Part shown: piece by piece, positions 56,753 through 64,000 of the stretch
How positions within the stretch are numbered: position 1 is the stretch's first letter
How the letters are laid out: each line of letters begins with the position of its first letter
Assembly (NCBI GenBank): GCA_965216565.1
Contig: OZ244170.1
Coordinates: 5,088,001 to 5,152,000, forward strand
DNA: 64,000 nucleotides
Direction of reading: 5' to 3'
Source of the DNA: Bythopirellula sp.
Lineage (GTDB): Bacteria; Planctomycetota; Planctomycetia; Pirellulales; Lacipirellulaceae
Position numbers and translations under genes: made by a program
The notes under the pieces: generated by a model
Database searches by the model: none
What the model was told of the DNA's origin: nothing
Seen by the model: only the letters and a program-made list of their open reading frames with translations

Positions 56753-59425
56753 ATGGCTAAGAAAGCTTCCAAAAGCTCGAAAATGACTTACTACTTCGGC
56801 AAAACCAAAACCGAAGGAGACAGCAAAAAGAAAACACTCCTCGGCGGCAAGGGTGCCAATCTCGCGGAGATGACTAGCATCGGATTGCCCGTGCCTCCCG
56901 GATTTACGATCACCACCGAAGTGTGCGATCTGTACTACAAGAACAAGCGGAAGCTGCCTTCTGGTTTGCTCGACGCAGTTCGCAAGAACGTCAAGATGTT
57001 GGAAAAAGAGCTGGGCAAAAAGTTCGGCGACACCAAAATGCCGCTGCTTGTGTCGGTTCGCTCCGGTGCGGCTGTTTCTATGCCGGGCATGATGAATACT
57101 ATTCTCAACCTGGGCCTCAATGACGAATCCGTTGTAGGTCTCGCCAATGCCACAGGCAACGAGCGGTTTGCTTATGACGCCTACCGTCGGCTCATCAACA
57201 TGTACGGCGACGTTGTCTGCGGCGTCGACCACGAGCACTTTGAGCAAGCATTCGACAAGATCAAGAAGCGGTACAAGGTGACCGAGGACAACGACGTCCC
57301 GTTGGAAGGCATGATCGAACTTTGTGAATCCTACAAGCGAGTTTTCAAAAAGCACTTTGGCAAGCCGTTCCCACAAGATCCTGTCAAGCAGCTTGAGCTA
57401 GCTGTGGAGGCGGTATTCAAGAGTTGGATGCAGTCGCGTGCCGTTCGGTATCGCCAGGTGGAGAACATCACCGGGCTACTTGGAACAGCTGTGAATGTGC
57501 AGTCCATGGTATTCGGCAACATGGGCGACGATTCGGGTACGGGCGTGGCATTCACACGTGACCCATCCACCGGCAACAACAAATTCTACGGCGAATTCCT
57601 GATCAACGCCCAGGGCGAAGACGTTGTGGCTGGTATTCGTACCCCGCAGCCTGTGGAGAAGATGGCTAAGTGGAACAAGAAGGTTTACGACCAGCTACTC
57701 AAGATCAAGACGAAGCTAGAGAAGCACTATCGCGACGTCCAGGATATCGAGTTCACGATTGAAAAAGGCAAGCTCTACATGCTGCAAACGCGGAACGGTA
57801 AACGCACCGGTGCCGCGGCCGTGAAAATCGCTTGCGATATGGTCAAAGAAAAGCTCATCACCGAGAAAGAAGCAGTGATGAGAATTCCTGCTGCTGACCT
57901 GATCCAACTTTTGCTGCCTAGCTTCACTCCCGCCGCGAAGTCCAAAGCGAAAAAGGAAGGCAAGCTGCTGACAGTCGGACTTCCCGCTTCGCCGGGTGCC
58001 GCGTTTGGCAAACTCGCCTTTACCGCCAACGAAGCGGTTGAACGCACTCAAGCCGGCGAGAAAGTTCTACTCGTGCGAAAAGAGACCAATCCGGAAGACA
58101 TCGACGGCATGCACTCGGCGGCCGGTATTCTAACCAGCACCGGCGGAATGACTAGTCACGCCGCAGTGGTAGCTCGTGGTTGGGGACGATGCTGTGTTGC
58201 TGGTGCGGGAGAGATCTCCATCGATGAGAAAGGCCGGAAGATCACGGTCAAAGGCAAGACTTACTCGCACAAAGATACGCTTTCCATCGACGGATCAACG
58301 GGTGAGGTGATGGCTGGCGATATCGCCACGCAAACACCAAAGCTTTCTGGCGATTTCAGTAAGGTGATGGGTTGGACGGACAAGTACGGCAAGATGCTGG
58401 TTCGCACCAATGCCGATACCCCTGCCGACGCCAAGCGAGCTCGTGAATTCGGTGCCCAAGGCATTGGCCTCTGTCGTACCGAACACATGTTCTTCGAAGG
58501 CGAACGTATCATGGCGATGCGGGAAATGATTCTGGCCGAAACCGAAGAGGATCGTAAAGCTGCACTCAAAAAGTTGTTGCCGCTCCAGCGAAAAGACTTC
58601 GTCGGAATCTTCACTGCAATGAAGGGATTGCCAGTGACGATTCGGTTGCTCGATCCCCCGCTGCACGAATTCCTACCGCACGACGACAAGAGCCAGGCCG
58701 AAATGGCTAGCCGATTGGGCGTCAAGCGCGGGGCCGTCCGCACACGGGTTCAGTCGCTGCACGAAGCCAATCCGATGCTCGGTCACCGTGGCTGCCGACT
58801 AGCAGTTACGTATCCCGAAATTCTCGACATGCAGGTCACTGCGATCACTGAAGCTGTGATTGCTTGCAAGAAGAAAAAGGTCGATGCCCAGGCAGAGATC
58901 ATGATTCCTCTGGTCGGCACAGCTGCAGAGCTACAATTGCTCGGCGATCGTGTTCGCAAAGTGATTGACGAGGTCAAGCAAGCCAAAAAGTATACCGGTA
59001 AGCTGAATATCTTGGTCGGAACGATGATCGAGATTCCTCGAGCCGCTTTGACTGCGGATCAGGTAGGTGAATCGGCCGACTTCTTTAGCTTCGGCACAAA
59101 TGACCTCACACAGATGACGTTTGGCTATAGCCGCGACGACATCAACACGTTCTTGCCAGACTATCTCAACGAAGAGATTCTGCCCCGCGACCCATTCCAG
59201 TCGCTAGACACCACGGGTGTTGGACAACTGGTGCGAATGGGTGTGGAGAAAGGCCGCTCGGCAAAGAAGAAGCTGAAGTGCGGCATTTGTGGCGAGCACG
59301 GTGGCGATCCCGACTCGATTCAATTCTGCCACGAAGTGGGTCTCGACTACGTGTCGTGTAGCCCCTTCCGCGTGCCGATTGCTCGCTTGGCTTCGGCTCA
59401 GGCCGCACTAAGCAACGGTCGCTAA
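56753..59425 (+). CDS. ppdK: Pyruvate, phosphate dikinase
   Basis: LLGGKGANLAEM, GGMTSHAAVVARG, GLCRTEHMF, SFGTNDLTQ, GICGEHGG. Confidence 0.97.
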   Translation: MAKKASKSSKMTYYFGKTKTEGDSKKKTLLGGKGANLAEMTSIGLPVPPGFTITTEVCDLYYKNKRKLPSGLLDAVRKNVKMLEKELGKKFGDTKMPLLVSVRSGAAVSMPGMMNTILNLGLNDESVVGLANATGNERFAYDAYRRLINMYGDVVCGVDHEHFEQAFDKIKKRYKVTEDNDVPLEGMIELCESYKRVFKKHFGKPFPQDPVKQLELAVEAVFKSWMQSRAVRYRQVENITGLLGTAVNVQSMVFGNMGDDSGTGVAFTRDPSTGNNKFYGEFLINAQGEDVVAGIRTPQPVEKMAKWNKKVYDQLLKIKTKLEKHYRDVQDIEFTIEKGKLYMLQTRNGKRTGAAAVKIACDMVKEKLITEKEAVMRIPAADLIQLLLPSFTPAAKSKAKKEGKLLTVGLPASPGAAFGKLAFTANEAVERTQAGEKVLLVRKETNPEDIDGMHSAAGILTSTGGMTSHAAVVARGWGRCCVAGAGEISIDEKGRKITVKGKTYSHKDTLSIDGSTGEVMAGDIATQTPKLSGDFSKVMGWTDKYGKMLVRTNADTPADAKRAREFGAQGIGLCRTEHMFFEGERIMAMREMILAETEEDRKAALKKLLPLQRKDFVGIFTAMKGLPVTIRLLDPPLHEFLPHDDKSQAEMASRLGVKRGAVRTRVQSLHEANPMLGHRGCRLAVTYPEILDMQVTAITEAVIACKKKKVDAQAEIMIPLVGTAAELQLLGDRVRKVIDEVKQAKKYTGKLNILVGTMIEIPRAALTADQVGESADFFSFGTNDLTQMTFGYSRDDINTFLPDYLNEEILPRDPFQSLDTTGVGQLVRMGVEKGRSAKKKLKCGICGEHGGDPDSIQFCHEVGLDYVSCSPFRVPIARLASAQAALSNGR

Positions 59426-59463
59426 GACATAATCCGACGCGTCAAGACCTAGGGATCGGAACA

Positions 59464-59542
59464 TAGCATCCCCCGGCTCCGCCGGGGGATGCGAATTGCA
59501 CATGTGGACAGTTTCCCTATCCCCCGGCGGAGCCGGGGGCTA
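59464..59542. repeat. REP/REPIN-like doublet between convergent ppdK and lpxA
   Basis: ATCCCCCGGCTCCGCCGGGGGAT (59468-59490) and inverted copy ATCCCCCGGCGGAGCCGGGGGCTA (59519-59542). Confidence 0.8.
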
Positions 59543-59556
59543 GCCAGTGGCACGCG

Positions 59557-60435
59557 CTAAGCTGCGCTGGGCGATTGACGCTGCTGGTCCGAATCGGGTA
59601 CGGCGTCGTCCACGGCATCGTCGACAGCCGGGTGGACTCGCAGTGCCACGCGAGGGGGACTGCGCCGTTCCTGCACAAAGCCGCGTTGGCCAGTTTCGAA
59701 AAAGCGGGCGAATTCGGATGCAATGCCCTCGGGAAAACCTGCTTGTAGCCCTTCGACCATGGCGTCGAAAGTAAGCCCCTGGCGATAGATCAAGCGATAC
59801 GCCGCCTTCAGCTGCATAATCTCGTCTCGGCTCAGCCCAGCACGTTTCAGTCCGACGCGATTGAGGCCCACGATCAGCGAACCGGGGCCATCGGTCAGTA
59901 CGAAGGGGGGGACGTCTTGCACCACCTTGGTGCAACCGCCAACCATTGCCAGACGTCCGACGCGGCAGAACTGGTGGACCGCGGCGTTTCCGCCCAAGCA
60001 AGCTCGATCGCCAACCTCTACGTGGCCGCCGAGCATCACTCCGTTGGTCAGAATCACATCGTTGCCCACTTGGCAATCGTGCGCGATATGCGAGCCAACC
60101 ATCAGCAGACAGTCGTTGCCAATGACGGTCTCCGAACCAGTGTGCATAGCACGGTGAATCGTAACGTGCTCGCGGAACACATTGCGATCGCCGACTGCTA
60201 GTGTTCCCGGTTGAGGAGCGTCGCCCTTATATTGTCCTAGTCCACCCAACACGGTGCCCTCGCCGACTTCATTTTCGGCTCCGAGCTTTGTTCCAGTTTT
60301 AATAGATACGTGCGAGTGAAGCTGACAGCGGTCGCCCACGATGGTTCCAGATTCGACAATGCAGAAAGGGCCTATTTCTACACCGGTACCGATCTTGGCT
60401 TCGGGACTGATCACGGCCGTAGGATGAATATTCAC
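59557..60435 (-). CDS. lpxA: Acyl-ACP--UDP-N-acetylglucosamine O-acyltransferase
   Basis: IHPTAVI hexapeptide repeats, REHVTIHR, SHIAHDC, VHQFCRVG, QDVPPF, GLNRVGLKR; start GTG 60435 (or TTG 60462). Confidence 0.93.
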   Translation of the reverse strand: MNIHPTAVISPEAKIGTGVEIGPFCIVESGTIVGDRCQLHSHVSIKTGTKLGAENEVGEGTVLGGLGQYKGDAPQPGTLAVGDRNVFREHVTIHRAMHTGSETVIGNDCLLMVGSHIAHDCQVGNDVILTNGVMLGGHVEVGDRACLGGNAAVHQFCRVGRLAMVGGCTKVVQDVPPFVLTDGPGSLIVGLNRVGLKRAGLSRDEIMQLKAAYRLIYRQGLTFDAMVEGLQAGFPEGIASEFARFFETGQRGFVQERRSPPRVALRVHPAVDDAVDDAVPDSDQQRQSPSAA

Positions 60436-60833
60436 GTGGGTCTCTTTCAATTCGGCGGGCAATTGCTGGCGTCAACTTTTTATCGCGGAGTACGCCTTTC
60501 CGCTAAGTGAGTTATCGGATTTTCGGTTTGTGCAGGCTTAGATATCGAGTCGCCAATCGCGCCAGATACCCAGGCTTGCCAGAACGATCTCCGACAGCAA
60601 TCACTGCTAGCAAAGCGAACCGTGGTGCGGTTCACTTCTGCCGAGCAATTGGTGCCACTTAGCGGACTTTCTCGCTAATGCAAAATGCCCATCGCAAATG
60701 CCAAATACGCTATATAAAAGCGTTCTGCTCGTTCAGCACTATGTTTACGGGTTCATCGTGCGAAGAGCAGCGAGATTTTTAGCAGATTGTTAGCAGCAGG
60801 GGGAGAACAATCTGGAGGGATCTTCAGCGACCG

Positions 60834-61352
60834 TCAGCTGAGGCGGTCCCATTGCAAAATGCCCACCAGCGATTTGGCGTCTTCAATTTCCCCACGCACC
60901 GCCATGGCGACCGCTTCGCTCCATGGGACTACGAGATTCTCGATTTCTTCGCCAGCTTCGCGCGCGGTTTTGCCAGCGGTTAGACCTGTGGCTACGAACA
61001 GATGCATTCGTTCGTTGAGGATTCCCGGAGACATATAAAAACCAGGAAGTTCCTGCCAGGTCTCCGCGACGTAACCCGTTTCTTCCTGCAACTCGCGTTT
61101 GGCTGTTTCCAAGGGAGGTTCCCCCGGCTCCAGCGTCCCGGCAGGGAGTTCGACCAAAGTTTTTCCCACAGCCACACGAAAGTTGCGAATCAAACAGACT
61201 CGATCTGCGTCTAACAAGGGAATAATTGCCACGGCTCCCGGGTGCAGCACCACCTGACGGCGGATTTCCGTCGACTCGTCGGTGCTGTGGAGCGTGTGTT
61301 CAACCACTTGGAAACGGGACGTCGTCAGTAGAGTTTTCGGGCTATCTGGCAT
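60834..61352 (-). CDS. NUDIX hydrolase (ADP-ribose pyrophosphatase-like)
   Basis: HPGAV, ELPAG..EPGE...AKRELQEETGY, SPG, IEDAK. Confidence 0.92.
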   Translation of the reverse strand: MPDSPKTLLTTSRFQVVEHTLHSTDESTEIRRQVVLHPGAVAIIPLLDADRVCLIRNFRVAVGKTLVELPAGTLEPGEPPLETAKRELQEETGYVAETWQELPGFYMSPGILNERMHLFVATGLTAGKTAREAGEEIENLVVPWSEAVAMAVRGEIEDAKSLVGILQWDRLS

Positions 61353-61682
61353 ATGGGGTTCTTTCCAGAGGACATTCTAGGTAGATATTTGTTTTGTCTG
61401 CTTTTTGTGCCAGCAGGGTTGTAAAAATAGACAATTCCTGGTCGTACCGGGCGTGGAAATCGACCGGAGATGGTTTGCCGTTTTTCAGGCACGTTGGTAG
61501 GATAACGATAGTGGAAACTGTATTTCAAGAAGTAGTTCTAGAACGTTGCAATCCGCCAGAAAACTGATTGAAAAAGCGCCGTTTTTCTAGTCTTAGTGTT
61601 CGCTGAGGAAAGTTACTTTCACCGGGCAATTTTAGCCTACGGGCAATCTTGGTGCCTTTATCAGGACAGGCGATCTTACAGC

Positions 61683-62780
61683 ATGGCAAGCAACACAACC
61701 GACTATTGGAGCTTGTGCATAGGTCGCTGGCGCGGGGTCGAGGTGCGGTTGCACATCTTGCTCCCTCTACTTGCGTTGGTGGGACTGCTATTAGTTGTGC
61801 AAGACAAACTCCAATCGCCAAAGGTGCTGGCGAGTGGCTTGTTGGTCTTAATAGCCAGCGTCGCCGCGGCTGAACTTGTGCGATGGCTGACGGCCCTTCG
61901 TTTTGGCGGCCAAAGTGAATCGCTAGTCCTCGGACCAGTTGGTGGATTCACCAAGCTTACACTTCCGAGCGATCCTCCGGCGCATATCGCAACTGCCCTC
62001 GCGGTACCAACAACTTTTCTCGTGCTAATGGTCGCGGCAGCTTGTTCTTTGGCTGTGGCCGGGGACGACAATGTCCTCCGCCTACTGAATCCAATTAATC
62101 CGCAGCTCAGTCAATTCAACCCTGAACTGAATCGACTGCCGGCTCAACCTCTTGATGTTGTGACAGGTTCCAGCACGATCTTGCCAATCGTTGGTGAGCT
62201 ATTCGTATGGGTGAATTTCTGTTTGTTCTTGGTCAGCCTACTTCCGATCGAACCTTGCGCCGGTGGCGAATTGCTGTGCGGTGTGTTATGGCCAATTGTA
62301 GGGCTCACAACTGCCCGCTCGCTAACTTCGCTGGTGGCAATCGGAGCAGGGGTGATGGCTGTTCTGTTGGCCCTGGTGATGGCTAGCGAAACCTCTGGCC
62401 CCTTGCTGCCAGCCTGGTTCCCCCTGGCCACTGCAGCACTATTCCTGTTTTACGGCGGAATGCGTCCCAGTCCCCAGCGCCGAGTCGATCTTGGTTTAGC
62501 AATCGATGAGTTTGATTCAGACGACGAACTGTGGATCACAAGCCACTGGGAGGACGACGATTACGAAGCCGTGCTCGTCGAACACTTGCAAGACAAGCAG
62601 CAAGAAGCGATCGATCGCAAACGCCGCGAGCGTGAGGCCAGCGAAGACGCCCGCGTCGATGCTATCTTGGCTCAGCTAAACAGTTTGCGGTTCGACGAGT
62701 TGCCCGAGGAAGATCGGGCCATTTTGAAACGCGCTAGCCGTCGCTATCGCCGTCGCCGACTAGCCGAGGATGAGTCGTAG
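61683..62780 (+). CDS. Site-2 protease (M50)-like membrane protein, degenerate active site, with DUF6576-like tail
   Basis: IGRWRGVEVRLH, LGPVGG, WVNFCLFLVSLLPIEPCAGG; tail VDAILAQL..L..EDRAILKRAS. Confidence 0.75.
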   Translation: MASNTTDYWSLCIGRWRGVEVRLHILLPLLALVGLLLVVQDKLQSPKVLASGLLVLIASVAAAELVRWLTALRFGGQSESLVLGPVGGFTKLTLPSDPPAHIATALAVPTTFLVLMVAAACSLAVAGDDNVLRLLNPINPQLSQFNPELNRLPAQPLDVVTGSSTILPIVGELFVWVNFCLFLVSLLPIEPCAGGELLCGVLWPIVGLTTARSLTSLVAIGAGVMAVLLALVMASETSGPLLPAWFPLATAALFLFYGGMRPSPQRRVDLGLAIDEFDSDDELWITSHWEDDDYEAVLVEHLQDKQQEAIDRKRREREASEDARVDAILAQLNSLRFDELPEEDRAILKRASRRYRRRRLAEDES

Positions 62781-62837
62781 CAGCAGTGCGATACGCGGTA
62801 TCACGACGATTCCTGCGGCCCATTCTGTAGGTCCCAG

Positions 62838-64000
62838 CTAGTCCCACCACCAGACGATTTCTTCGGATTTCGGGGCGGGGGCATCCTTCAGAATCGAATT
62901 CTCTGATGTCACATTCTTCGCGGCAACGATTGGCGCTGACTTCGCCGCATCGAGCCACACTCCACCACTGATGCCGGCAATGATATGCCGCCGATTGATC
63001 ACTCGGTGATTGACCACCGTCTCCACCTCGGTGGGAACCGAAAGCTTGGGTAACCGCAAAGCATCGTCTGAAGAAAACAGCTCCGCGCCCCAGCCGATGC
63101 GTTCCATGAGCCCCTCGCGACGCACAATCGAAAGTGCCAGCTCGAGGTCAAACACATTTCTCAACTCGCCATACAGTGGATAAGCCTGCGAGAGTGTACT
63201 GAAGTGTTTGGTAAACGAATTGGCGAACTGTAAATTCAGATCATCCGATTTACCGGTATGAACGCGGCGACCTTGGGCGGCCAGCAACTCATTTTCGCTG
63301 AGCACCTTCACACCTTGGCCCTGGAGTCGATATGTGGTTCGCTCGACATTCACTTGCACAGGCTCGTAGTTCATGGCAAACCACCACCGTAGAACAGACA
63401 TTGGGGGGGCGGAACCATCAGGCATGAGTTGGACGGTACTGAGATAGCTTTCCACGCCATCAACACCTTCGGCGATTCCCATCCCGACGAGCTTCATGTG
63501 ATAGTCGGCCATCAACAGGACGCGAGCAACATGGCTTTCTGCCTCTATTCCGAAGAAAACAACGTCCTGTTGACCGAGAGTTTTTTGCAAACCCTCCAGC
63601 CACTTGCCACGGTCGGAGGGTTCGAGGGGCTCTTGGCTGGACCGATCGAGATAGCTCTGAGTGGCTGCCAACGCCTGCTGACGCGGAATAATCGAACAGC
63701 CAAAAGACTCGGCTCGTTGTTGTTGAGGACGCCTCCATAGAGTGAGCAAATCATCGAGCCGGACCACGGGCAGCCCCGTTTGGACGCTAACGATGCGACC
63801 GTTTTCTTGAATCTGCCAATCACCTGCCGGCCCTGCGAGGATCAGGTCGCCGGAGTCGGGTGCGACGAGCACATGCTCAATCCGCTCGAGACCTGCCAGC
63901 GTCAGCATTTCAGAGGATAGCGGTTGATGCTCAAGTTGCCGTTGCCAAATGGCCTGTTCCAGCTTGGGGAGGGAGACAAATCGTAGCTTGGACGATTGAC
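62838..64000 (-). CDS. DUF1598 family protein (5'-truncated by window)
   Basis: Frame open to the window end (SKLRFVSLPKLE); LAGLERI, ADYHMKLVGMG, RWWF, YGELRNVFDL, ISGGV. Confidence 0.85.
   Translation of the reverse strand, partial: QSSKLRFVSLPKLEQAIWQRQLEHQPLSSEMLTLAGLERIEHVLVAPDSGDLILAGPAGDWQIQENGRIVSVQTGLPVVRLDDLLTLWRRPQQQRAESFGCSIIPRQQALAATQSYLDRSSQEPLEPSDRGKWLEGLQKTLGQQDVVFFGIEAESHVARVLLMADYHMKLVGMGIAEGVDGVESYLSTVQLMPDGSAPPMSVLRWWFAMNYEPVQVNVERTTYRLQGQGVKVLSENELLAAQGRRVHTGKSDDLNLQFANSFTKHFSTLSQAYPLYGELRNVFDLELALSIVRREGLMERIGWGAELFSSDDALRLPKLSVPTEVETVVNHRVINRRHIIAGISGGVWLDAAKSAPIVAAKNVTSENSILKDAPAPKSEEIVWWWD

Overview
Mostly core-genome region of a planctomycete. The lineage is inferred from DUF1559, DUF1598, a YTV-repeat protein and PEP-CTERM proteins with dockerin-like tails, which suggest Pirellulales/Lacipirellulaceae. 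Housekeeping genes dominate: hom-apgM-lysC, valS, cimA, purA-uppS-cdsA, phoH-HD-ybeY-corC, bamD-like/lptE/folP, proA, fliM, cstA, trxB, asnS, carA, rpsB-tsf-pyrH-frr, tRNA-Gln, rex, nfi, ppdK and lpxA. Four things stand out. (1) A GxxExxY nuclease-like gene sits inside the threonine/aspartate operon, bracketed by 28-nt internally periodic inverted arms, and several 'empty' arm pairs of the same design occupy other intergenic gaps. (2) A secreted 505-aa Cys-rich YTV protein has two repeat arrays that are exact mirror images in unit length, implying one long disulfide-stapled antiparallel beta-ribbon. (3) An unannotated Ile-rich leader peptide with terminator and antiterminator precedes citramalate synthase. 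(4) A Fur-like box lies between hemP and a PEP-CTERM/PEP-CTERM/DUF1559/kelch operon, next to an Rrf2 regulator and a c-type heme protein. No CRISPR array, rRNA, prophage or intact IS transposase was seen. All family assignments come from motif recognition by eye; no searches were run.
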